A stretch of 64,000 nt of DNA from Takakia lepidozioides (Eukaryota > Plantae > Bryophyta). A program made the translations under genes and the position numbers. This document shows positions 36,611 through 48,825 of this stretch, piece after piece. Under the pieces are notes generated by a model. It had not been told where the DNA came from. It ran no database searches and worked only from the letters and a program-made list of their open reading frames with translations. The DNA lies in NCBI GenBank assembly GCA_030704615.1, contig CM060732.1, forward strand, positions 53,692,001 through 53,756,000, written 5' to 3'. Position 1 is the stretch's first letter; each line of letters starts with the position of its first letter.

Positions 36611-38204
36611 CGCCTATACAACACAACACAACAGAGAAAGGCAGAGGGCCCAACAAAAAGGGAGAAGTGCAAGAATTGAGGAGTCCAGAAAGTGCAAGAA
36701 CCGGCGAGAACGAGCACTACATACGAGGACAGACAGAGAAGCGAGAACCAAAACTACAAGTACACAACAGAAGACAAGGAACGCAACGGCCTACGGGAGC
36801 AACGGTCTTGGCGACTGTTGGGGTCTAAGATGACTCTCCAAATCTGCGCGCAGAAAGAAGTCTGCGCAAGGAAGACAGACGTTGACATAAAAGCAAACCA
36901 CAACACCGGCGGGAAGGCGAAGTTGAAGTTCAAGCTGGCTCGGGAGCGGAAATGCAGTACACCCACGGCACCACGTGGCGCACCATGATTGACGCCGCCA
37001 CTGCCGCCGTTGCATTTACTAGGTCTACCCAGTGCACAGCAGACCGAGTGAATAGCAGACAGAGTCAAGCAGACTAGAATCAGCAGACCGATTTGAGCAG
37101 ACCAACACGTAATCCACTAAGCAGGTCCACCCGACTGCAACACGCTGACGACGAAACAGACTATACAAAACAGACAAACTGGCAGGTCGACAGACTGGCA
37201 TGTCAACATGGTCATTGTTCCGTCGCCCTCTGTAACAAGCTGCAGGCAGACTAGACTGACGGTGCGACAGAAACAACAGACTAGCTGGAAAGACTGGCAG
37301 GACAACAGACTGACAGACGGAAGGGTGTAACGCCAAATTTTCGACGCGGCACCATGGTTTCACATTTTCTTACAACAGACCAGCGTACACAGATGCCGCA
37401 AGTCCGTTGTCAGGACAGACTAACATCGCAACAGACTCGCGAACATATTACAGACCGATGTGAGGACACAGCCTCCCGAAGAGGCTCTGATTACCACACC
37501 AACGAAGCAAGACTAACGAAGCAACAGACATATGGGTATCCAGGCCGACAAGTATTGGTTGTCGAACCCGACTTTTTTACAGGGAGACCCATACTGCAGA
37601 TGTGAGATAGTTCACGAGTCTCAGGCTAACACAGCCCAGCAGACACAATTAACAGACTGACGATAACTCTGCCCACGACACACATAACAGTTCATGGCTG
37701 GATATGGAATCTGTAATGTTTTTACACGCCCTCACGTGTATATGCTTCGGCGATTTTCGCTATCATCTTGCCCATGGTTACCGTTCCAGACTGAGGAGGT
37801 GATCTGATGGACGGATGCGGCTACCTCAACATGAATAATTATAAAATTGAACGACACCATATCCCAAATGTAAACTAAGGTCGTCTTTATGCAGGCTTGT
37901 AATTGGTCGGCCCATTGGAATAAACCCTAACAACACATTGGCCATTTTGCGATGACCGGACAGAGGCCAAACCAAGTGGGCAAAACGCATTACATGTACA
38001 ATGAAATCGCAAAAACTGCCCCGCCAGCAACAAAAAAATGACGAAAATAGTGGAAGCATATGCACGATGGTGGCTGTAGGGCTCCGACTCCTCTCCTGCC
38101 CTTCCACATCATGACAAAAATGTCACGAAAACACAAAGACACGAACACCAGGCAACGACTACCGCCCGCACGCAGCGCAGTTGCGTACAACAAAGACCGA
38201 CATC

Positions 38205-38553
38205 TTGATGGCAATGGCGAGATAAGGCCCTAAATTGGAGGACTGCGATGGGATTCGTCGTGGACGGCCCAGATCTTGCGGGCGGGCGGACACGCGGACA
38301 AGCGGACTACAGGGAGCGGACCTGCCGCAGCGGACTAGCCCCAGCGGACCCGCCCCAGCGGAGCGGCCGCAGCGGACAGGCCGGTGGACGGAGCCCGGGA
38401 GGGGCAGCCGCGGCAGCAGCGGCGGGCGTAGGCGACCGCAGGCAGCGGCGGGCAGGTGGGCGCGGGTGGGGGGGCGCCCCTGGTCCGGACGAGGGGCCCA
38501 CCGTCCTTCTCACACGCTTGCGTTCATGACCTTATTATTGTAAAATGAGAGGC
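38205..38553 (-). repeat. Right terminal inverted repeat of the MULE
   Basis: Inverted copy of 24665-24950 with extra short internal repeats. Confidence 0.9.
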
Positions 38554-39269
38554 ATATATTTGGCCCTATTTCCAAGAAAATGGCCCACTAATCGGCGTGG
38601 AACCCGTACTGAGTCATTGCGACTTTTGTACTACACCTTCAATGCCATCGTGGCATGAATATGTCTATCGGGACTTCCGAGTAGTGGCTTTACTTGCGAG
38701 TCACAAATTGAGTGGTTTTGGACAGCGTGGCAACCATGAGTCGGGTTAGAAAAGCCAGGATTCCTACTACCGGAAATTGGGAAAATCTGAACACGGAGTC
38801 GGGTCAGAGTACGGGTAGTTGCTGAAATTTTTTAGCGAGTTTCACGGGTTGGGGTGAAGGTCCTATTTAATTGATTAAATGAATTAATAAATTGAGAATA
38901 AGTGAAAATAAATTTCATATTTGACTGGAAAAAACTAAATCCTAATGGTAAATTTTATTTAGGACATATTCTTTCAAGATGTACCATACATATATATATG
39001 GCTCCTTCACAAATTGTATACGTGATGATACAAGAATTAAAATATAATTTAAGATCCACCCATCAATATCAAATTTTAAACATGTTAAGAAAAATAATAT
39101 GCCGCATACGTCACTATAGCAAGAAAACCACACACCACACCCTAAACAAAATAAAAATCAAATGAGACAGAGGAGGAGGAGCATTACCTGCGAGAACCTC
39201 CAATCAGGGAGGAGAGGCGGCGCAAGTATAAAGGAAGTGCCACATTTTATTGGCTCCTCCCTCAAGAGG

Positions 39270-39977
39270 TGTCGCGGCCCTTTGCCTTGAGGGCAGGGGG
39301 TCGGGACACATGAGGGGCTGCCCCTGTGGTGGGGGCAGCGGCAGCGATAGGTATGGGGGGCTGAAGCACCCTTGAGTGCCCAAGGCACTTAAGGAGGCGG
39401 AGGCGCTCACTAGGTGGAGCCCCACACACCGGGATGCGGTGGGGGTGGCTCCACAAGGGGTGGTGGTAGCTTAGCGGGACTTAGTGGGGGTGGCATAGGA
39501 CTCACCATGGGGGCGGAGACCTCGTGGTGGGAGTCGTGGGGAGTCTTGGGACTCATCACGGTCCATAGGGGCCGTGGTGAGTGGGCCAAGACTCACCGCG
39601 ACTCCTCACCGGGAGTCGAGGGTTTTCGTGGTGGTTCGCCATAAAATGGCATGGCTGGTTGTGAAACCCCCGCGGACAGCTACAGAAGTATATATAGGGA
39701 GTAATAACCCCGAGAACGGTGCAAGCCCGTTGGTGACCAAAAACTAGTGAGTAAGCGTGCGAGCCGGAAAACGACCAAAGAGTGGGGAGTTGTTCCGGAC
39801 TGCCAACTACCAAAGGGAATTCTCGCTGGTTCCAAATCGGTGGAGGGTTCTTTGGGAGAACAAAGGGGGACCGTTAGGAGTGAGCAGGAAGCTCAAGGGC
39901 CCGGAGAGGGGGAGTCAGGCGCGCGCAAAAGAGTAACTAACTTGAGGGGGGAGCTTACCGAATTGAGGTGCGCGACA
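39270..39977 (+). repeat. 5' LTR
   Basis: Highly similar to 45462-46177. Confidence 0.95.
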
Positions 39978-39979
39978 CT

Positions 39980-39991
39980 TGGTATCAGAGC
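39980..39991 (+). promoter_or_regulatory. Primer binding site (tRNA-iMet)
   Basis: TGGTATCAGAGC 2 nt after the LTR end. Confidence 0.93.
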
Positions 39992-40106
39992 TTAGAGTTC
40001 AGTACGCGATTGTCCTTGGGATTGGCCTCATCATGGGGTCGGGCAAGCCAAAGCGAAAGCGGAACGGCCCAAAAGATGATGATCCTGGTGAGCCGATGGG
40101 GGCGAC

Positions 40107-43100
40107 GTGTCACCGAAGCGGCCATTTGAGGAAGCGACGCAGGTTTCTGAAAACGAGGCCGCTCAAGAGCGGGAGGAATCCGAGGAGTCGGAGCCCGAGG
40201 AATCCCTGAGAGCTCCGACAGACCAACAGATGCCTCCCATGCCGGCGGCTTTTGGGAAGGGTTGTTGGCGCAGTTTGGCGGGACGTTGAAAGACGTGTTG
40301 AAGGTGGCTAATGCCACTTCCGCTAAGGCAAAGTTTAAGGTGAAGCCTAAGGAACCCGGCACCTTCGAGGGTGTCCGAAATCGGAAGGCACTCAACACCT
40401 GGCTCTTGGAGCTAGAGCAGTACTTCCGGGCGGCCAAGTTGAGTGACGAGGATCGGGTGGAAGTGCCTCCCACCTATTTGAGGGGCTATGCTCAACAATG
40501 GTGGCAGAACCGCCTTCACGACCGAGATCCAAGCCCGGAAACCTTGAACTGGAGTGGGTTCAAGGAATTGATGAAGAGACAGTTTGTGCCCCTCAACGCG
40601 TCCTGGCTTGCCCGGGACAAGATGAGGAATTTGAAGCAAACAGACGACATTCGGGGATATGTCCAGGCTTTCAATGTGCTTTTGCTCGAAGTCGCGGACA
40701 TGGCAGAACCGGAAATGGTCTTCAACTTTGTGGCGGGACTGGCCCCATGGGCCAGGCGAAAGTTGGAGGAGAAGCCACCTAAGACTTTGAACGAGGCAAT
40801 TGAGAGGGCTGAATGTTTCTCAGATGTCCCTAGGGGTGAAAGACAAGGCCGTACGGAGCTGAACCACAAGAAGACCCAGCGGGAAGGTGACTCCTTCCGA
40901 CCGGAAAAGAAGTGGGATAGGCCACGCGGCGACAATGGCACGTGGAAATCGAAGGGAGGGCCTTCACACGTCAAAAGCGGGTGGAGCGGCTTATGGCGGA
41001 CAGAAGGCGACCTTTGATTGAGTGTGTTTCAATTGCGGAGAGCCCGGGCACATGGCCAAGAAGTGCACGAAACCCCGACAATTGAACATGACTCGGGCAA
41101 CCACGGAGCTGTCGGAAGATACCATCAGTCGCTTGGTGGAAGCGGTGGTCGCCAGGACTTGCAAGGTAGGCAAATATTCTTTTGAGTTGTATCAGGAAAC
41201 TGGCGCATTGCGTAAAGGGAGTCACTTATTGTTCGTGGATGGGATAATATCCGGAACTAACGTGTCATTGTTGGTGGACACAGGAGCGTCGCACTCCTTC
41301 ATGACACCGGCAACGGCGCGAAAGTTGGGACTCCCGACAAGTGACGTGGGGGCCTCTATTGAGGTGCGTTCTGCCAAAGGAGAACCACAGTTGGCAACAA
41401 GGTTGGCGTTTGATGTTCCTCTTCAACTGGGGAGTTGGGAGGGACGTGAGAACTTCACCATCTACGAGATCGATGGAGTGGATCTCATTTTGGGGATGAC
41501 CTTTTTGAGCAAATCCGGAGCAGTCATAGATGGCCGCAAGAGAGTAGTCACGCTGCCATGTGGGAATGGTGGCGAGGTCTTACGAGTGTCGGAAACGCCC
41601 AAATCCGTGGGAGGGCGAATAAACCTTCTGTCAGCAAGGGAGTGGGCCGTGGAGGAGGCACACGAGCCCCAATTTTTGCTTTACATTAGAGAAGTGAAGG
41701 GAGAAGGCGATGGGGAGCCGAGCCCAAATTGGATCAAGGGGATTTTGGAGAAATACCAGGATGTGATGCCGGAGGATTTACCAAGCGGCTTGCCATCGCG
41801 AAGAGGAGTTGACCACAAGATTGAGGTGATACCGGGATCGGAACCGCCTGCCAAGGCACCCTACCGGTTGAGCCACAGGGAGTTGGTCGAGCTGAAGACT
41901 CAGCTCAAGGATCTAATGTCAAAGGGGTACATCCGGCCGAGTAAGTCACCTTACGGAGCCCCGGTGCTATTCGCAGACAAGAAGGATGGGACGCTGCGGA
42001 TGTGTGTCGGTTACAGGGCTCTGAATAAGGTGACTATCAAAAACCGGTACCCTTTGCCAAGGATCGACGACCTTTTCGATCGGTTGGCAGGAGCGAAGTA
42101 TTTCAGCCGGATCAATCTGCGCTCCGGCTATCATCAAATTCAAGTGGCGGAAGGAGATGAGGAGAAGACCGCGTGCAGGACGAGGTATGGTTCGTATGAG
42201 TTCTTGGTGATGCCTTTTGGGCTCACCAACGCACCCGCAACCTTTAGCACGCTGATGAACAGCCTTTTCCAGGAGTGGTTGGATGACTTTGTGATCGTGT
42301 ACATCGACGACATCTTGGTGTATTCGAAAACAAAGGAGGAGCACCTGGAGCACCTCAAAAGGGTGTTCCAGAAATTGCGAGAAGGAAAGCTGTATGCCAA
42401 AGCTTCAAAGTGCATTTGGGGTCACAAAAGTGGAGTTCCTGGGGCATGTGATTACACAGGATGGGATCAAAATGGATGACAGGAAGGTGAGGGCAATTTT
42501 GGACTGGGAGCCTCCGACTTCGGTCCCGGGAGTGCGATCCTTCCTAGGACTCGCCTCCTATTACCGGAAGTATGTGAGAAATTTCGCCAAAATCGCGGGG
42601 CCGCTGTCAGACCTTCTGTGTAAATCTAAAGTCTGGGCATGGAACACTTTTTGTGACCAAGCTTTTGCTGAATTGAAGCAGCGGATGGCGGAAGCTCCAG
42701 TCTTGAAAATCCCGGAGTTTGATCGTCCGTTCGAGATACATACAGATGCGTCGGACTTCGCGATTGGGGGTGTACTGATGCAAGATGGACGTCCAGTGGC
42801 TTACGAAAGTAAGAAACTGAATGAAGTGGAGCGACGGTGGCCGACGCACGAGAAAGAGATGAAGGCGGTGGTGCACTGTCTTGAGCTTTGGCGCCACTAT
42901 GTTGGTTCCAACCTAGTGAAGGTGTTCGCGGACAATGTCACGGTGAAGTATTTTGCCACGCAGCCCAAGTTGTCCCCAAAACAACTTAGGTGGCAAGATA
43001 CTTTGGCGGTGTTCGACGTGGATATCCAGTACAAACCGGGACGAGACAACGTGGTGGCCGATGCTTTAAGTAGAAAGCAGTAGCTCTTGTTGGTGTACAA

Positions 43101-44560
43101 GGGCGAGATGGCGCTCCAAAGGAAGATCCGGAAGGCTTGCCGGAAGGATGAGCTGGCAAAGTCCGTGATGCAGGACTTGAGGATGGGGGTTAAATCGCAG
43201 TTCCACTTGCAAAATGGACTGCTCCGGTATAAGCAAAAGCGTCTCTATGTGCCGAAGGGAGGGATCAAAGATAGTCTCTTGAGAGAATGCCATGATAGCC
43301 CGTTTGCAGGCCACGGCGGAGCCAAGCGCACCGCGGCACTCTTGAAGAAAGAGTATTTCTGGCCCAAACTAAGGGAGGAGGCAGAGGAGTATGTCAAGAC
43401 ATGCACCACATGCCAACAAAATCGGAGCGAGTACAAAAAGCAAGCGGGGCTGTTACAACCCTTGCCGATTCCAGAGGGGACTTGGGAAAGCGTCTCGATG
43501 GATTTCATGACTGCTATGCCGCTGTCAAAAGGATTCGATGCAATCATGGTGGTGGTGGATAGGTTCATAAAATGGCCATTCAGTCCTTATCCAAAGGAAT
43601 GGAACGGCAACGGCGCAATGGAGACAGGGGCGACTTTACTTCGCCCACGTCTTAAAGCATCATGGAGTCCGAAGATATTGTCTCGGACCGCGATCCAAGT
43701 TTAGTTACGTAAATTTGGGAGGGCACTTGGAAGAAGATGGTGGGCAAGGGCTGAAGATGAGCACCCGCCTCCGACTACGACGGCCAATAGAAAGAGTGAA
43801 TTCCGTAGTGAAAGCAGATCTTGCGGAATTACGTGTCGGCAGACCAACAGACTGGGTGGAACACTTAGACGCGGCAGAGTTCTTTTATAATAACACAGAA
43901 CACTCCGCAACGGGAGTTTCCCTTTCGTATTGGTCTATGGAAAAGCACCTCTGGTGCCGACAAGTTGGGCCACCCAGAACGTTGAGGAACCGGCAGTAGT
44001 GGCGGTACTGGAAAACGCGAGCGTTGTTGAAGCTCGCAAAGTACAACATTGCCAAAGCTAGGAAACGGTATGAAAGGCAGGCGAATCGGAAGCGAGGGAA
44101 GTGAAGTTTGAGGCAGGCACGGAGGTCTGGTTGAACATCAAGATTTCCGACTACCTCCGGAAGTGAGTCCGAAGTTCGTACCTCCGTATGCGGGACCCTT
44201 TTGCATTCGGAAGGTTATGAATGAGGATGTGTATGAATTGAGCTGCCAGCAAACAGCAAGGTGCACCCAGTATTCCATGTCTCCCTTTTGAAGCCTTACT
44301 TCAAATATGAAGCGCGTCCGAATCGGCATCAAGTGTTGCGTCCGCCACCTATGCTGTTGGATCATGAAAATGAACCTGAGTACGAGGTGGAGGCAATACT
44401 TAAGTCGAGGAGGTTCAAGAACCGAGAAACGGAGTATCTCGTCAAATGGAAGGGCTATCATCATGTGGAGGCATCTTGGGTGCGTGCCTCAGAAATGGGA
44501 AACGCATCCGAGGCGGTTGCAGCTTTCGAAGGGCGACCTCAAAAGCGGAAGAAGCGTTGA
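40107..44560 (+). pseudogene. gag-pol polyprotein with chromodomain; frameshifts and one in-frame stop
   Basis: KEPGTFEG/AQQWW gag; [14 protein letters not shown] knuckle; [10 protein letters not shown] protease; [11 protein letters not shown]; TDASDFAIGG RNase H; HDSPFAGH..CTTCQ integrase; YEVEAIL...YLVKWKGY chromodomain. Confidence 0.95.
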
Positions 44561-45461
44561 TGGGGACATCAACCTTGGAGCGTGGGGGAGGAAATGCATG
44601 CTTAGCCCGGCTTAGCTAGCTTAGGAATCCGATTGCAAAAACTTGTATTGTACAAAACGTGCTATAAATGAAATGGATTCCAAATGTTGTACGTCCTATT
44701 TTGTTTAGAATGGTGATGCATGGTATGGTTGGCTAGTGTGTAGAATGCATGCTAGCTTATAAAAGTGGGAGAGGTAAATTGGGTTAATCGTGTGTTTGCG
44801 TAGTGCCGAAATCGGGTGATCCCCCGAGGGGCAAGGAAACTTGCGCCTTCTTTGGGAGTTCACGTGCTAGTGCGCACCTGGCGCGTGCGCGTACTATAAC
44901 TGCGCTACCGAGGGGGTTGCCTTGTAGTGCGGGCTAACGCGGAAGCCACGTGCTTCCGTTCACGTACTATAATCGTGTAGCCTCGGGACGAAGTCGTAGT
45001 GCGGCTTCGGTGTGTTCCCGTACCTCAGGCCAGCATTCCAAGGCGGACCCAATTGTAGTGATTGGGGCGCACAGTTGGTTCAAGGTTATCTTCCTAGTCA
45101 AAGAGGGTTCCAGGTGAACCCTTGCTCAAGGTGATGCCAAAAGCGGCATCATGAGCGGTCGCAAGCAATGTTGTTGCAGTACGGCGATTTGATCCTCGGG
45201 GAGGATCGTTCCTTGGCCTTGAAGTAGGCCAAGAAGAGTGCACTGGGAGGAGCTGGAGAGGCTCCACCCTTCACCGGGACTTGAGGAAGTCGGCCGAACT
45301 AGCTAGTGGAGAGTAGAGTCAAGTGTGGGGTTTGGTTCTTTGCCATGGGACGCCATGGTGCGGAAACAAACTCCTTGATGTGGGACGCCACAAACTTGGA
45401 TGTTCGTTTCTACAAAATGGACAAGTCGATGAGACATCAACTCCCTGTTGGTAGGGGTGTG

Positions 45462-46177
45462 TGTCGCTTGAGGGCAGGGGGTCGGGACACATGAGGGGCT
45501 GCCCCTGTGGTGGGGGCAGCGGCAGCGATAGGTATGGGGGGCTGAAGCACCCTTGAGTGCCCAAGGCACTCAAGGAGGCGGAGGCGCTCACTTAGGTGGA
45601 GCCCCGCACACCGGGATGCGGTGGGGGTGGCTCCACAAGGGGTGGTGGTAGCTTAGCGGGACTTAGTGGGGGTGGCATAGGACTCACCATGGGGGCGGAG
45701 ACCGCGTGGTGGGAGTCGTGGGGAGTCTTGGGACTCATCACGGTCCATAGGGGCCGTGGTGAGTGGGCCAAGACTCACCGCGACTCCTCACCGGGAGTCG
45801 AGGGTTTTCGTGGTGGTTCGCCATAAAATGGCATGGCTGGTTGTGAAACCCCCGCGGACAGCTACAGAAGTAAATATAGGGAGTAGTAACCCCGAGAACG
45901 GTGCAAGCCCGTTGGTGACCAAAAACTATGAGTAAGCGTGCGAGCCGGAAAACGACCAAAGAGTGGGGAGCTGTTCCGGACTGCCGACTACCAAAGGGAA
46001 TTCTCGCTGGTTCCAAATCGGTGGAGGGTTCTTTGGGAGAACAAAGGGGGACCGTTATGCCCCGGTGAGCAGCCGAAGCTCCAAGTTGGCCCGGGGCCAG
46101 GTTGGGAGTCAGGCGCGCGCATCAAAGCGAGTAACTATGACTTGAGGGGGGAGCTTACCGAATTGAGGTGCGCGACA
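45462..46177 (+). repeat. 3' LTR
   Basis: Follows purine-rich gtaggggtgtg; about 11-bp deletion near its start relative to the 5' LTR. Confidence 0.95.
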
Positions 46178-46942
46178 AGAGGAGACCACGCATCTGTGTT
46201 GGAAAAGATGGATGAACCTGATATACCTTCACCGGAAAACACCCAAACATAACAGATATACCTTCACTAGTTAATATTGCTCTTGATATTAATGAGCATC
46301 AAATATTAATTTGCATTGTTCATTTTTGTGAAATATGTTTTTAACCAGTAACAGCCACCGATAAATGGCTGGAGACCGGTGAAAGCCGGTAGCTTTTTCT
46401 TCTCCCCTGCTCTCTCGTTCGCAAAAGCCTGGCCTTCGTAGTCCTGTTCTTGGATACGGGGTGGAATTTGCTATTTGTGAGCAACCCAAAAGTTCGACCT
46501 CGACAGGGTTAGGGCTTTAGGGTCAGCCTCAAGATCATGGTTTAAGGCATCACATATAGAGATCTAATATTGAATGGGCTGAACATGGTTCAGGTGTATG
46601 ATGTCTTTAGACATTCAGGAACTAGATGTAGATGATCTAGAACCTAATTAGTTTTGACGTAACCAAACAACACTCTCTCTCCTTGGTTTGGGCCACAAGG
46701 CTACAATAAACAAACATCGCATAAGCATATTCATTCTCTTGTCTTCATTGCTCATACTAGAGAACGAGGTAAAATGAAGATAAAGATAGAAAGAAAAAAA
46801 TAACGAGTTTGATGTCAAGCAACTTGAACAACTTACAGAGCGTACACAGCTCATGAACAGACACCCTCGAGATGCAGATGATTAAGAGACACAAAGAGAA
46901 TATAGATGGCTGCAGAACAAGTTGGGGGAGGGGGAGAGTGAC

Positions 46943-47160
46943 CTGCATCAGACGCCAGGTACAAACATGCCATAGCAATATTCCACTTGTCACCCATCTT
47001 GTCCAAGGACACCCACTCATGTATCTTGAAACCAGCTTCTTTTGGCACCAGTTTGTTTATGCCCGGAGTGCCAGCTATAGGGCCAGGTGCAATCCCGTAA
47101 GTTCGAATGCCATAGTATGTTCCCCACTCCAGAGCCAAACTTCGTAATTATGTTGTCTAG
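46943..47160 (-). pseudogene. Isolated exon of peroxisomal 2,4-dienoyl-CoA reductase (SDR family)
   Basis: LALEWGTYYGIRTYGIAPGPIAGTPGINKL...MGDKWNIAMACLYLASDAG followed by a GT donor; no flanking exons recognised. Confidence 0.82.
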
Positions 47161-48624
47161 ATCTAGTCAAGTCATACATAGACTTCAGGTCTTAAGGATG
47201 CAGAAAACCTTCATGCATAGTTTCTTTTTTAATAAGCTCATATGGTTACAGTTGAAAAAGTTAAAAACTAAACAAGGTATATCATATATCAGCCCGGATG
47301 TATATCTCATGTATGGCATAAGGTTAGAAAACAGGAAAGAGGTGGTAGCTTAAGCATCAAAATACTATTGAAAGTGCCTCGTAGTGTTTCATACCATGGC
47401 TGATTCAAAATGTTGTTTGAGAGAAGTCATGTCTAAGGAGGAAGGTTTGAAGTAGAGGAAGCTTTTCCTAGGTGCTCTTCTTCACCTATAATCTACGATA
47501 GTTCCTCTTGAAACCTGTCATAGCCATAGACTACCATAATACATATATTCCACTACATAAGAAAGATATTAACCATAAAACCAGATTAAGTGCATGTCAC
47601 AACACTTGAGAAAGCATGGACCAGTAATGCTGCAGGTCCATATCATAGACCAACCAACCAAGCTAGCCCTCAGTTATTCCTTGCCCACTTAGCATTTTTA
47701 CCATCTAAAGAAAGTGAAGCTGCCTCACCTAGTCTCATCATAGTCATGCACACGCGACCATAGTTATGTCAAGCTATGTACCAGATGTAAATGGCTTTAA
47801 CAATTGTTATATATGTCATCTTTAGATAGTCATCATATCTAAAAGCACCATAAGACAAGTAACAAGTGGGTGTTGTGGGGGGACAGGGGGGGGGGGGTGG
47901 CTAGCAGCAGCAGCAGGGTCTAAGCTGATTACATCTTATTGTTGTCCTCTTTGTTCATGAGCATAAAAGTGAACCGTTACTCCAACCTTTGGATGCAGCT
48001 GAGAAATAGAATTCAAGTGCATCAAGTCTGACCAATGTTTCTTGTCAGCAAATGATTATTTGTCTTCAGTAGCATTGTGAGTGTAAGTGTACCTTAGAGC
48101 TTGGAGAAGACTGAGAAGTCGTGCTTTCACCTCCCCTCTTCTCACCTGACTTCTGCTGTTGCTCTATGGAATGAGAAATACCAGATATGGTGCCACCCAC
48201 TGAGGCAGCCTTATATACTAACAACAATCTATTTTCTAGGAAGAGCATATTGAGTATTGTTAATGGGTATTTGCATGATTGGGTGTCTCAGTTTTTGTGT
48301 AACATGGCGGTTTCTGCAATGACCTCCCTCCATGGTTTTACCCATATTTGTCCAACAACTCAATAATTCATCTAAATTTATATGGTATATGGTTTCTAAC
48401 TATAATGTGTATGTGTACCAATTGTTAGATTGCAAAAACAATCATGTACCAGACATCCTAACATTTGGGCTGTACAAAATCAAGCCTACGATTATGCCAA
48501 AGCTTATTGCGCCAACACAACATATTATGTTTTTTTGTTTGCCTCTAAAACTGCAGAATCTGACTAAAAAATCATTAATGTATATTATATATATTATATA
48601 TTTATATATTTATATATTTAGTAA

Positions 48625-48825
48625 ATTTAAAACCCGTACCCGACCAGCTTCACTGCCCCAGATAGCGGGTACAACCAATTTTGGATCCACTAGGTGGGTC
48701 CGGGTTCATTTTGAAAACCATGGGTCCAGGTATTTGGTGAAGTTGCAGGTTCGGGTCTGGGTCCGGGTTACCCGGATCCTAACCCGCTGGTACCCAAGGT
48801 CAAGACGTGTACCCGCACAACACTC
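48625..48825. mobile_element. hAT-like terminal region (ACCCG/CGGGT subterminal repeats)
   Basis: Dense acccg/cgggt motifs ending in cacaacact; partner end not identified. Confidence 0.45.

Larger units (their letters stand above)
24665..38553. mobile_element. Complete 13.9-kb Mutator-like element (MULE) with transposase, Ulp1-protease gene and rDNA cargo
   Basis: TIRs GCCTCTCATTTTACAATAA...TTATTGTAAAATGAGAGGC; exact 9-bp TSD ATATATTTG at 24656-24664 and 38554-38562; MULE DDE/SWIM transposase inside. Confidence 0.95.
39270..46177 (+). mobile_element. Full-length Ty3/gypsy chromovirus (Tcn1-like) LTR retrotransposon
   Basis: Termini TGTCGCG...CGCGACA; 5-bp TSD AGAGG at 39265-39269 and 46178-46182; two LTRs, PBS, PPT; gag-PR-RT-RH-IN-chromodomain order. 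Confidence 0.97.

Noticed and set aside
28700-37700. CAGAC as a SMAD-binding element
   Set aside because: The word is identical, but plants lack SMAD proteins; treated as coincidence.
39158-39995. ORFs duplicated at 45303-46252
   Set aside because: They are chance frames in the GC-rich LTRs.
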